The notes under the pieces were generated by a model. The model made no database searches. It was not told the DNA's origin and worked only from the letters and a program-made list of their open reading frames with translations. From Marsupella aquatica (taxonomy: Eukaryota; Plantae; Marchantiophyta), in NCBI GenBank assembly GCA_973895155.1, contig OZ316897.1, forward strand, positions 14,693,375-14,757,374: 64,000 nucleotides of DNA, written 5' to 3'. The first letter of the stretch is position 1, and each line of letters starts with the position of its first letter. Below, piece after piece: positions 1 through 12,089 of the stretch. The position numbers and the translations under genes are program-made.

Positions 1-268
1 GGCTAGTTTTCATTCATTCATCGTGCATTCAATCCCGATTTGTCATTTCTCCTTATTGCTGTGGTTGGTTTGTTCTTTTAATCTCAGGTTGATCATCGAG
101 ACAAAGAAAACACCTCCCTCTTACGGTTTGTGGTACCCCTTTTCAAAAGAAGCCTCTGGAAAGTATCCAATTCTATACTATAAGGGGGGCTTTACAAGAT
201 GGTGGGGGCCATTCAACTCTCTCCATCCAGAGCAAAGCTAATCGCCATTTCCTTTCACAAAAGTTAAA

Positions 269-3200
269 ATGCATGAGCCAAAATATGTCAGGTTTGGGTC
301 GACCCCCACTCCAGGTACCTCGGACCCGAAGGCAACATTCTACCTAGCATGTCGACGGCTTCGTCGGGAATACAAGAACATCCAATCAAAGAAATCAGAG
401 AAGCAGTATAACACCGGGGAACTCAGACACCGTGTGCAAACATTGCGTACACGTTCCGATGCATCTAGTATAGGTAACTCCCTTTCGGAGCTCCGTGAAG
501 CAGAAACATTGTTGCGAGACTCTGAATTCCTAGAAGCAATAGAAATTCGCAGGAAATCTCGGATTCGCTGGCTGGGACTTGGAGATGCCTCTACTAGATT
601 TTTCTTTAACATTGTCCGGGTTCAACAACAGCGAGCTGCTATCCCTTCCCTTAAACTAGCAGACGGTTCTCTCTCTTCGGATCTGGACCATATTCTGATC
701 GAGGTAGGAAATTTCTACCGCTCCTTATACTCCCCAGACGCTCCGGAATCGGCTCAGAATGCTGCAGCCCGGCAACAGATACTTCAATTCTCCTCCTCAC
801 GTATATCAGAATCAGAATCCCTCACCATGGACTCGATCCCGACCATGTCTGAGCTTCTTTTGGCTGCCCAGAAGCTACAGAAAAATAAAGCGCCCGGTAT
901 TGATGGGCTCACAATTGAGGTATTTCTTCGCTGCTGGGAATTTATTGCTCCGGTCTTTCTTGCCATGCTGGTCTCGTTCTGGAATGATGGGATAATGCTC
1001 CCAGGTTTTTTGGAAGGCGTTATTAAGTTGGTCCCTAAATCAACAGATAAAACTATGTTGTCTAATTGGAGACCGATTACTCTTTTGAACATAGCATACA
1101 AAATAATAGCCAAGCTCATCGCTATCCGTCTAGGCCGGCTTCTCCCTAAAATGGTTAATGCGCAGCAAACCGGATTTGTCCCAGGTCGACAAATTCTAGA
1201 TAATATTTCCATTGCTTGGTTAGCAACTGACTGGCTAAAAACAAACAACACTCCTGCTCTTTTTTCTTAAGATGGATTTCTCGAAGGCGTTTGACCGCGT
1301 CGACCACAGGTACATCAGAGAAACTCTTGGTGCCTCTGGATTCAGTCCAATGCTTATCCGTATCATTATGAGTTTGATGACTAATGCATTGGCTAAGATT
1401 CACGTGAACGGACAATTCACTGATCCGATCCCTCTTCTCCGTGGGGTCCGGCAGGGATGTCCCCTGGCCCCTCTGGTGTACGCACTCTCAACCCAGCCCC
1501 TCATGGATTTTTTTGATGAGGCTCTCAAGCATGGAGAAGTACATGGTATAAAAATAAATCAGGAACTCACTCTTTTCCACCGATTCTTTGCAGATGATCT
1601 AGGGGTATTCACCCCGGCCCTTGAGTCGTGCTTTCTAGAAATACAAAACAAACTGGAGCTATACGAACTTGCTGCAGGGGCCCGTCTGAATCTTGAAAAA
1701 TCAGAAGCGATCATTTTTGGACTCGATAATCCTCCACAATGGCTAATCAACTCTAAAATGGTTATTATTCCTCCAGGACAGATCTCTAGCTACCTCGGTG
1801 CCCCCTTCGGTCATAATCTCTCTCGATCTCAGGTCCAGGAGTTTTGCATGAAAAAACTAAATAAGCGACTTTCGACCTGGTCTAATAAAAGATTCTCCTT
1901 CACAGGACGTGTGCTTTTGATTAAATAGATACTACTTTCAATGACAGTATACCATATGATGTATTCTCGGTTTGATAGTAGTCTCACTAATTTGATTCGG
2001 CAGACATGTAAAGACTTCTTGTGGGGCTTTAACAAAGAAGGAGCGAGAAAAACTCCCCTTGTCTCTTGGGACCAGATGTGCAGACGAAAAAAAGATGGAG
2101 GCCTGGGATTCAAAGACATTCACACGCAAGCAACGGCGCTGTTGGCTAGGTGGTCGGTTCGGATGATCACGGACCCGCACTCCGATTGGGCATTGTTGTT
2201 TGCTGCTAACCTAAGACTGACCGCTTGGAACCATTCTGTCTTGCTCAGGAATATGGGATACACAACCATGGATCGATTCCTCTTCTCAACCCCATCCAAC
2301 TTTCATGGAATGCGATACACGGAGGGAATCTGGAACGCCTGGGTCCAGATTCGGAGCAATCTGCATTGGGATCTGGCTGCTCTAGCTGTCCCCGCTCGGT
2401 GGAGTATTGCAGACCTTCTCCATATTTTCTTCCGCTCTCTTTGTTTCCCAAGTCCCGCCATCCATCCCATGTTGATTGCCTGCTCACGTATTAACATCCG
2501 CTCAGTATCTGATCTCTGGGATTGGGCAGTTGGTGATTGGATGGACTTTGGTGCTAGGCTCTCTCGATTGTGTGGCTTTTCAGATGAGGATCAGTCTGTA
2601 TTATCCGACCTCCTTCTGCTCCTTCAACAAGGCCCGCAGCCATCTCTCTCGACCTCCTTTGCCCCTTTGCAATGGTTCTGGAGGGGATTGAAGAGAAAAG
2701 TGTACCCTCGTTTTCTAAGTAGCACACAAGCATATATATATTTGGACAGATCCTGCGGTGAAACTCTTTCCCTCAACAACCGATGGGGCTCCTCCGACTC
2801 CTCCCTCACTTGGCAACGTCGTTGGACTCTGTTATGGCGTTCAGATCTGTCTCAACGGGGAAAGATATTCATTTGGAGGGTGTTGGCTGCTGGGCTGTTC
2901 TCTGGCCGGAGAGCATTTCAATGCGGTCATGGTGACGGTCGATGCCCGTATTGCGGGCGCAACTCTGAAGATAACCAACACATCTTTTTTTCCTGCACCC
3001 ATGCCATGATGGCCTGGAACAGGACCGCGTGGTTCTACGAACGTGTACCGACTCTATCTTCCATCCAGGGAGGACACTCTTTTGTGGGCTCTCTTGATCA
3101 TGCCCTTGGTCGATCTCCACAGCTCTCCGCCCGCTTGTTTGTTATCTATGAAACAGTATGGCTCATTTGGAAAAATCGTAACTCTCGCAAGTTTCAGAGC

Positions 3201-3305
3201 CAATCTGTTGTTTTTTCTCCATCTATTGCTGCATCCGCAGCTATTCTGCATCTCCACTCGGTTGCCTTTTGTTCTGACTCAGCGAAGAAAAAAAAGCGTT
3301 TATAA
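269..3305 (+). pseudogene. LINE ORF2 reverse transcriptase pseudogene
   Basis: ORFs 269-1270, 1272-1928 and 1941-3305 join into one RT protein. An extra T in the T-run at 1260-1265 shifts the frame (removing it gives ALFLKMDFSK), and there is an in-frame TAG at 1926-1928. Confidence 0.9.
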
Positions 3306-5012
3306 TACGCAGAAAAATACATATCGCACCCTCTCTCCTGCCGTTTTCCCCGCCGACGCTCATAAGATCTTCCTCTCAATTCATACCGTCATGTTATCAT
3401 CCCATCTATCCACCCCTTGCGGGGCAGCTAAAGTCTCTTCTCTCCCCAGTGTCGCCCAGGCAGAAAGTCCTTCTTTGTTTTGCCTTAAATCGTGGATATT
3501 TTGTGATTTCTTCTTCGGTTCGGCCTGGGATTGGACTCCTCCTATGTCCCCTCTACCTTGTCTCTGAACTTCTTTTCGGCCTGGCAACCGGCTCTCCGCC
3601 TTCGACTATCACCATTCTTCTCCCTTCTCTTATCCAATCTTCGATTCATGATATATCTACCCTCTTCGACATATCGCTTTTGGCATATATCTTCTATTGG
3701 CCACCAGTTCTCTCGGCCTTTTTCTTTTCTTTTTTTTTTTCGCCGCTCCATATTCATCGAAATACTCTCTAGATAAATGATTGATGATTCATAGTTTTAG
3801 TCTTAGGCTATGTGGTTTTCAATATCGGTTTCTGCGGCCTCTCGGATGCGGGAGCTTGACCTCTTTTCTTCTCAATCCGAGAATTAGCTGATAGTATTAT
3901 GGCTCCTTCTATTCCTGCTTTTGAGGATTCCCAAGAGCTGGTTTTCTGAATCTAGACAGCGTATCGTCCTAAGTTACCCAGATCACCTACTAATCATAGT
4001 ATAGTATTATTTCTCATATTCTCAGATGGACCACCGCGCTTTTTCCTGGATTGGTCTCTTGCCTTGGTTTCGAGCTGGTTCGTGCTCTCTCCTTTCTCTC
4101 GCCTGGCTGGCATATTCGACGGGTAAAGGCAATCATACGGGTACATACAGCCTTTATCTCAATCACTAAGGCGCCCCATCTTTAGTACCATTTTTTACCC
4201 TGCAGGCTCAGCCGCCCGCCTTCCGTCCACAGCCCATTTGTTCTTCCATTCTGGATTCTGCTCCCCCGATCGGCTATCTCCGCTTTGGGCGCCCACAATC
4301 TTGCAAAAAAGCACGCATATGTATTCTTCTACCTTCGCGCCGGATGGGCCTTGGATACCATATGGACTCTGGATAAATCTGATGGATCTCCGAGCTTCTC
4401 CATGTTTTGGAGCCTCCTATCTAGGTCTTCTCCATGTATCGGAGCTCTCCCGCGGGAGTCCGTGCTTCTAGATTCTCCTCGGCCGAAAGGTATCTTTGGT
4501 TGGGTTGCGGCTCTCTACTGGCAGGGTGGTGAATCTGGCCATACTGGCCTCGTTTGGGACAAAGCTCTTTTCCCTTGCTCGTCCCACTTTTGATGCAGAG
4601 TGGTCCACTCTTGACTACGATATATTCTGGGCTAGCTGATGAAGGTCGGTGGTGGATTGCGTTCAGTTTGTTGTTGCCAGCCAGCGATTGATCGGAGTTG
4701 GCGCTTTCTCGGTTTGGTTCCTGGCAGTTTCCGGCTTTGGTTGGGGCCGGTTGTCCGGTTCTCTGTTCCCTCTCTTCCCTTGGGTCCCTCCTTTCCATCC
4801 TTGCTCTGCCTCCTTCCCTCATGGCAGTTTTGGTGGTGGGTCTCATTCTCCTTTTCTCTGGGGGTGCCCCCTCTTTTGGCCTCCCTTAATTGTCTCTTTC
4901 TTCCCTGCCTCCTCCTCCTAGGCAGGCTTTTGTTGGCTCCCAGTGTCTTGGAATAAAGTTTTGGCCTTTGGCCCTTTAAAAATTAAAAAAAAGAAAAAAA
5001 AAGAAAAAAAAA
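290..5012 (+). mobile_element. 5'-truncated L1-like LINE retrotransposon (ORF2 RT + zf-RVT, disrupted), ending in AATAAA and an A-rich tail
   Basis: RT motifs KAPGIDGL, WRPITLLNIAYKIIAK, QTGFVPGR, DFSKAFDRV, GVRQGCPLAP, FADD, YLG; KKDGGLG; C-terminal zinc knuckle CPYC..HIFFSC. AATAAA at 4952-4957, A-rich tail ~4978-5012. No endonuclease domain seen; 5' boundary approximate. Confidence 0.9.
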
Positions 5013-5120
5013 GGATGAAGGCCAACCCACACAACACCGCACAAGTCAGAGTCGAGTGAAGAGCCCATTTTGTCAATTGCTGTAGCTTTACGAATCTATG
5101 CAGAGAAGCAAAATGCATTG

Positions 5121-5165
5121 AAAAATAAAAAAATAAAAAATAAAAAATAAAATAAAAATAAAAAT
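5121..5165 (+). repeat. (AAAAT/AAAAAT)n A-rich simple repeat
   Basis: Directly visible. Confidence 0.9.
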
Positions 5166-5194
5166 AATATATCAGATTTGGAAGTAATCAATAC

Positions 5195-5510
5195 AATTCC
5201 TTGAAAATAGGCAAGCAAACATGCAATTCCCTGAAAATAGGCCACAGTTTGCTCCAGGTTTTTAGACCACCTCAAGCAGCCGTTTCGCCAGGTTTTTAGA
5301 CCACCTCAAGAGGAAGTCTAAGTTTTTGACATGCAATTCACTGAAAATAGGTGACCGTTTGCTCCAGGTTTTTAGACCACCTCAGGCGGCCCTTTCCCCC
5401 AGGTTTTTAGACCACCTCAAGAGGAGGTCTAAGTTTTTGACATGCAATTCCCTGAAAACCTCAAGCGGCCCTTTCCCCCAGGTTTTTAGACCACCTCAAG
5501 AGGAGGTTTT
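5195..5510. repeat. Minisatellite, ~110-bp unit containing two copies of a 23-bp core CCAGGTTTTTAGACCACCTCAAG
   Basis: ATGCAATT at 5221, 5331 and 5442; core at 5254, 5288, 5364, 5399 and 5478. Confidence 0.9.
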
Positions 5511-6414
5511 GGACAAAAAACTTGCACACGTCAGCCAAAAAAAGGGACCCAGTGACATGCCTAGGTTCGATAATGCTTTTGGTTCATTGTGCCCCCAAGT
5601 TCATCTAAAGTGAAGTGTGCCCAGTTCCCACACATGAATGGCTAGGATTGCATCTCTCACTTACAAAAAAAAGAATTGCTGCCCCCAAGTTCTTGTAAAG
5701 CCACCCTAATCTCGGCTCGGAATCTGGACATTGCAAGAATCAACCAACCAGTAAACACTCGGAGGCAAGCAAATGAACAAGAAGTCACACCTATCGACTG
5801 TACATTACTGTTCAAATTACATACAAGAGTTCACATGAAATGTATTTGGGCAGGTGATTTAAGCGCATCGAAGAGCAAATCCATACAATGTATCACGGCA
5901 TTACCTTAAGCCCATGCAGAACGATATATGAGGACTCGGTCCACGCTTACACAAGCTTAGCTCAAATCTTTTGCTTTAGGAGAACAAATGACCCAAACGA
6001 ATTCGACAAAGGAAAAAGGCTTTCCTTGCTGTCGAGTCGAAAGCACCCCTTCTAAGTTGTAACATGCCTGTCTCTTTTGTCGCCATGTAATCGTCCTACC
6101 AAAGGTATCATCTATCAACCAATCCTGAAATTGATAGTCATGAGGGATCATTGCCAACAACTAGAACTAAAAGCTCGGGCAGAGGGAAATGTGGTGATCT
6201 ACAGTTTCCCTCGAAGCTGGAAGCAATTTCTAATGCTCGCCCGACCAAGGCGGCGCCTCATTGTCAACACAAACAATACCTATGTCGCCTTCTTCCTGAT
6301 GTGTGACCTAGCTAACGCACTTCAGCTAATTATCGAGCTCGTCGTGACAAACTATAGATGAAATTCCTAATAAAATAAACCAGTCAACCTTGCTATGTGA
6401 GAATTCTGCACTAC

Positions 6415-7827
6415 TTACAGTGTGTCACATTGCATTTGCTTAAACCCGACGCGGCCTCCTGCTCTATCATAAAGGATTTGAAAATTTTGCTGCTGAATGT
6501 TGCCATAGATGGTAAACCCGTACGACCCAGCCATCGCGAGGCAAAGCGTACCCTGATTATCTACCGTGACAAAATAGTTTTCAGCAGGAAGAGCAATGTC
6601 TGCCTGATCGAAATGGAAGGTGAGAGTGGGGACCCTTACAGAAGAAGAAGCTCCGGACACATCAAAGCACAAATCAAGTCCTGTAGGTGAGCCGCTGACT
6701 TGGGGGTACTGCATTTGAGACTGGAACGCCTGAACGACCACCTTGTACGCGGAACTCACCAACTGGGTAATAGTTGTACCTGAATCCAGAATGGTACCTC
6801 CACTGCCTGAAGAATCAATAGCGAAGACACTCGAGGGGATGTTAAGCAAGGTTCCACCCACGCTGATGCCCGTAAGCCCAACATAGTAGTACGTGTGGTG
6901 ATGAGAGTTCTGGACTATGGGTGTGTACTTGACAGATCCTGAAGGGATACCTGCATTTCCGAACAAAAGGGGACTGGTCTGGGACGGGGAATCGATCAAG
7001 CTGACAAGGCAATAAGAGAATTTACCACCAAAGAGTGAGCTGAGCTGGGAAGTGAATGAGATAGGTCCTTGGCCAAGCCCCACGAGCCCATCAACACCAG
7101 AGAAGGAGCCCTGATTGTTGTGTCCACAGCCAAATGCCACGCTACCAACCTGCTGCTTCCCGCCGGAGGTAGTAGCCATGGTGACAGTATCTTGCGAAAA
7201 AGTGCCCACGGTTGTGGACTGATCCCCATACTCGTAGAAGTACTGGCAGCTGGGAGAGCAGCCCTCGACCACTGGCAGAGTCTGGCACAGACTGTTGCTG
7301 CATCCCAAAGCTGCGTAGGAGCTGGAGGTTGAAGGGTCGAACATTGGGTTGGGTTGCTGGAAGCATTCAGTGCACGGGTTACACTGGATCCAAGTCAGGT
7401 CGCTGCCTGTGTCAACAATAACGGAGTAAGTCTTCGACGGTGTACCGAGATTCAACGCCATGACATACTCCCCGTTGCCAATCGAGACAGGAGACTGAAA
7501 ATCTGTTGGTGCCACAACACTAGCACCAGCTGGGTCCAGAAACCTTGCCAGATACTTGGCCCTCGAGTTGCTTCTGACCACGAAGCCTCGAACTCGCTCT
7601 GTCAGCGTGAGCTGATCCTGACTGCTGTTGTCTCTATGCAAAAGTTCTGCCCTCGCGCTGATGGAGTCGCTGTCAAGCATCCGCCGACCAACGTTGCTGA
7701 CGGATGAGGATGTCCCATTCACCAACCGAACGGACCTCAGTGCCACAGAACGCGATGGCTGCAGCATAAGTAAGACGTAAAGTACCACCCAAAATTTGAG
7801 CCCGACAGCAAGCATGGATCTAGACAT
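6415..7827 (-). CDS. Secreted nepenthesin-like (A1B) aspartic protease, 470 aa, intronless
   Basis: N-terminal hydrophobic signal; catalytic DTGSDLTW and ILDSGTT; Cys-rich insert QCNPCTEC..FDPSTSSSY..C; GEYVMALNLGTP; C-terminal GNIQQQNFQILYD. Confidence 0.95.
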   Translation of the reverse strand: MSRSMLAVGLKFWVVLYVLLMLQPSRSVALRSVRLVNGTSSSVSNVGRRMLDSDSISARAELLHRDNSSQDQLTLTERVRGFVVRSNSRAKYLARFLDPAGASVVAPTDFQSPVSIGNGEYVMALNLGTPSKTYSVIVDTGSDLTWIQCNPCTECFQQPNPMFDPSTSSSYAALGCSNSLCQTLPVVEGCSPSCQYFYEYGDQSTTVGTFSQDTVTMATTSGGKQQVGSVAFGCGHNNQGSFSGVDGLVGLGQGPISFTSQLSSLFGGKFSYCLVSLIDSPSQTSPLLFGNAGIPSGSVKYTPIVQNSHHHTYYYVGLTGISVGGTLLNIPSSVFAIDSSGSGGTILDSGTTITQLVSSAYKVVVQAFQSQMQYPQVSGSPTGLDLCFDVSGASSSVRVPTLTFHFDQADIALPAENYFVTVDNQGTLCLAMAGSYGFTIYGNIQQQNFQILYDRAGGRVGFKQMQCDTL

Positions 7828-8269
7828 CTTGCTAGCAAGCCCAGCTCGATGAACTCGCCCGGCTCACTCCAACTGCTCAAGCTACAGTAGGCAACGTTAC
7901 AAGCGTAACAGAACCACAACCAGCTCAGCTTCAACAGCTTCAACAAATTCCTCGACTCATCCTGCACAAGCAGTGAAGCTCGTATCGAGGAATGAATTGA
8001 CTTGGCTGGTAAATCTGGCACAGCTCGAGGAGGAAATGAGAGCAAAACCCACCACTAAACCTTGTAAAAATTCAAGATGATACCAGCCCAGACAAATATG
8101 TTCAATGGGTGAAGCACGAACACACTGTCCTGCTCACAGAACCTCGGTATCAACCCGACCTTACAACTAGTTGAGAACAGCAAACGCGAGAGAGGGCAAG
8201 TGCTTAAATTAATAGACAAGCTGCTGCCTGACTTCAGTTCCCTAGTGTTTGTAGGTGAGTCAGGAACAC

Positions 8270-9180
8270 TCGGTAGTACTGCATTTGGCGACCAGATCGA
8301 CCACAAAGGAGAAGAACAAACTATGGTCGTCAACTACAGATGCTAGTATACTACAGTAGTTTTCTGAGGGTCTGAAAGCTGGGTTGCCTGCAATATGTAA
8401 TGCAGTACTGCAATTGGCCAACCACGACGACACCAAGGCGAAGCACAAACTATTGTTGTCAGTTGAGTGTATTACAGTAGGGCGTCTCATAAATGGAAAA
8501 AACTGGCACCTCACGAGAGGCCCGCCAGGCAGTTGGGAACACTGCAAAAAGGGTACAAATGGACTATTATTTTTTGAGGTACTGAAAATGAGACCTCTCA
8601 CGACACATTGAACTCTCACGACACATTGAATTATTGTGTTTACTTTGAAATCGGGGACTTTTATTGTCCTGGGCGGGACTAGTCAGTCCTCCCCATCCAA
8701 AACATGCCTGGGCAGAAAAATGGACCCTAATAGTTCTCTTGAGGTTTGAAAGCTGGGCTGCCCAGAATATGGAATGTAGGGTACCCCAATTGGGCTGACC
8801 ACAAAGAAAAAAAGGAGATGAACACTGGGTGGGCCTGCAGCAATATGGAATTGTGGGGTACCCTAACTGGCCGCCCATGTCAACCACAATGACAACACAA
8901 AGGAGAAGAACAAACTACGGTAGTCTGAACTACTACAGTCGCCTGTCTACTACAGTAGTAGTGCAGTTGGCCGACCACGTTGACGACGAAGAAGAGGAAC
9001 AAACTACGGTCGTCCACTACAGTAGTTCTCCGGAGGTCTGAAAGCTGGGTGGCCCGCAATATGGAATATGGGGTGCCGCAATTGACGGACCACGAGGAAA
9101 AGAAAGCGACGAAAGCTGGGCGGCCCGCAATATGGAATGTGGGGTACCGCAATTGGCCGACCACGAAGAGAAGAAGGCGA
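8270..9180. repeat. Degenerate repeat cluster (~60-bp motif GAAAGCTGGGYGGCCCGCAATATGGAATGTGGGGTACCGCAATTGGCCGACCAC) in the divergent protease/SLY1 intergenic region
   Basis: Copies near 8374, 8748, 8826, 9040 and 9111; motif GAACAAACTAYGGT near 8314, 8908 and 8997. Confidence 0.75.
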
Positions 9181-9366
9181 AGAAGAAGAAAGGAGAGAAA
9201 GAGGAGTGAGTGACTAACGAGGGACTCGTGACTCGTGACGCACTTCGAGTTCAAGACAGAGGAAGACATCAGACAGAGATCGAGAAAGAGCGAGAATTAC
9301 ATCTGCAGACGGGCAAAGTTGGGTTCAAGAGCGAGCGGAGCACCTCATGATTTTGCTGCTGCGACC

Positions 9367-12089
9367 ATGGCACTCTCCCTGCGGCAGAAGCAGCTGGGTG
9401 AGTACCATTTCCGGATCCTCCCCTTTCCTCTCTTTTCTGCTCGAGGTCCGTGTTTTGCATCTCCTCCGCTGCGGCGTCGGTGCTTCCGCTTTGGCAGATG
9501 CACTGCTGAGCACGCAGTAATTCCGATCCTCTACTCCCTGTATAGCCTCCTGCTCTTCCTTTCATCTGCTTGTGTGCAAAGGCCTCTGCGGTGATGGAAA
9601 CTTCAGGTGGGATGGTGAGGATGACGAGGGTCTGCAAGCTCATCCGGTGGTTTTGAGGTAGAAGGGCAATGTGGGATGGAATTGTTCCATGCTTGAGGAT
9701 AGGGAGCGTCCATGTATTGGGAAACAGCGGCTGAGCACCGAGGCGGAGGGTTAGATTAGTAAACCCTTTTGTGGTGTAACGTGACCTATTGGCCTTATTC
9801 TCATTAGAGAAGACTCATCACGGGCATGGAATGAATGATCAAGGAGGAATTGGGTCTATTGTAGGGATACCGACAGCTTGCCAACCATCAATTTGTTCTC
9901 TCACTCGCTTCGCTTCGCTTGTTGAAGTGATAGTACTGTACTACGATCAGTATTATCTTTGTTCATCTTGTCCGACTTTCTAGGGTTCAGCATATAAAAT
10001 CCGCTGCGGTCGACTGTCAGTGAGTGGGGGGACACTTCAGTCAAGTGTTAGAAATCTAGTTGTGATTGAAATTTGAAGATCTCGTTACTGAGCGTCCAGC
10101 AATCGCATTAGAAGTGGGGCTTCAATGAATGTCAAACACCTTTTTAGATCCGGGAATGATTGGAGGTCTGCATTATTTCGAAACGTTCGTTATGATTGAT
10201 ATTTTTCTGATTCGTTGGTTTCTTCTTGACATGCCTTTTCAGATGCGGTGGTGCGAATGCTGAATTTGAACCATCCAGTAGTTAGCGGGGGCACAGCAGA
10301 CGAGGAGGTCTACAAGGTGCTGATATTGGACCGTCCTTGCCGTGACATTTTGTCGCCTTTGATTAGAGTGAATGACCTACGGAAGCATGGAATAACGCTG
10401 TATCTCATGATTGACAACGAGCGGCAAAATATACCAGATGTTCCGGCTATATACTTCATACAGCCAACGACTGCCAACATTCAGAGAATCACATTGGATG
10501 CCTCTCGCGGCGTCTATGAGAGCTTCCACCTCAATTTTGCATCTTCTCTCCCTCGACCTCTACTCGAAGAACTAGCAGGTGGTACACTAAAAGCAGACTG
10601 TCTTCACCGCATTGCCAAAGTGTACGATCAATACCTGGAGTTTGTAACCCTGGAGAATGGCTTGTTCACACTGTCTCAGCCTCGCACTTATTTGCAGCTG
10701 AATGATCCATCGGCGCAAGAGAAAGACGTGATTTCTGTCGTGGAAGGCATTGTGAATGGTCTCTTTTCAGTATTGGCTACGCTGGGGGTAGTTCCAGTTA
10801 TAAGATGTGCCAAGGATGGGCCAGCGGCGATGGTTGCTAGCCTTCTTGACACAAGACTAAGAGACCACCTTGTTTCAAGGAACAACTTGTTCACGGAGGC
10901 AGGCCACATAGGGAGCTCCTTTCAACGTCCATTGTTGTGCCTTTTTGATAGGAATTTTGAGTTGTCGGTAGGCGTGCAGCATGTGTGGACTTACCGACCA
11001 CTTGTACATGATGTTCTGGGGATGAAGCTGAACCGTGTGTCAGTTCAAGCTGAACCAGGTGCTCCTGTTTTGAAGAAGGTTGGAGGAAAATCCTATGAGC
11101 TGGATGATTCTGATCCCTTCTGGATGGCAAACGGGAATGCTCATTTCCCGAAAGTGGCAGAGGAAGTCCAAATTCAATTGGACAAGTACAAACAGGATGT
11201 AGAGGAGGTTAACAGGAGGACTGGAGGTGGGAGAGAGGGAGATTTCGATGACCAAGAACTTCTAGGCAACACTAAGCACTTGATGAGTGCTGTGAACTCC
11301 CTGCCCGAGTTAACAGAGAGGAAGAGAACGATTGATAAGCACACCAATATCGCTACAGCATTGTTGGGGGAGATTAAATCGCGGCATTTGGACAATTTTT
11401 GCTCCTCAGAGGAAGACATGTTGACCAGTGGAAAAGTGGATAAGAGCGCCCTCATCGCAGCATTGAGAGGGAATGGTACCAATACGGACAAGTTGAGACT
11501 TGCCATAGTGTTTCTATTGGCGACTGATACCACTGTCCCATCTGAGGTTGAGGCTGTCGAGGCAGCTCTTAGAGAAGCAGAGATTGATCTGGCTCCCTTC
11601 CTTTATGTAAAGAGGCACAAATCTTTAACATTCTCTGTCCCTGCCGCTGCTGCTCAACCAGCAAGTAGGAGTCAGTTCGCAGATTGGGGCGAGAAATTCT
11701 ATGGGCAGTCTTTTATTAGTGCTATGACAGCTGGAGTGAAGAACCTTCTATCAGGTGGGAGACAACTTGCCCTTTCAAGAGCCGTGGAGTCGTTGATGGA
11801 TGCCAAACCTGCATCTGGTACTGAGTCTTACCTCTTGTTCGATCCAAGAGGTCCAAAAAGTATGGGTGCTGGTGGTCAGTCCAAGGGACCTTTCAAAGAA
11901 GCAATCGTGTTCATGATTGGTGGTGGCAATTATCTGGAGTACAGCAGTCTGCAGGAGCTCGCACAACAGCCAGCTAAGAACATCATATATGGTACTACCG
12001 AAATTCTGTCGGGGCAGGAATTTGTGGATCAACTTGCGGAGCTCGGTAGGAAGATGAGTGGTGGGGGAGGAATCACAGGACTTTCATAA
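9367..12089 (+). CDS. SLY1: Sec1/Munc18 family protein SLY1, 625 aa, 2 exons (9367-9397, 10243-12089)
   Basis: Exon 1 MALSLRQKQL+G followed by a GTGAGT donor; acceptor TTTTCAG|AT restores the frame (D-AVVRMLNLN). This matches the plant SLY1 N-terminus. Also EEVYKVLILD, LRKHGITL, DKHTNIATALL, AIVFMIGGGNYLEY. Confidence 0.96.

Noticed and set aside
5254-5500. 23-bp core repeats resembling a CRISPR array
   Set aside because: The spacers are themselves repeated, the context is eukaryotic, and there are no cas genes.
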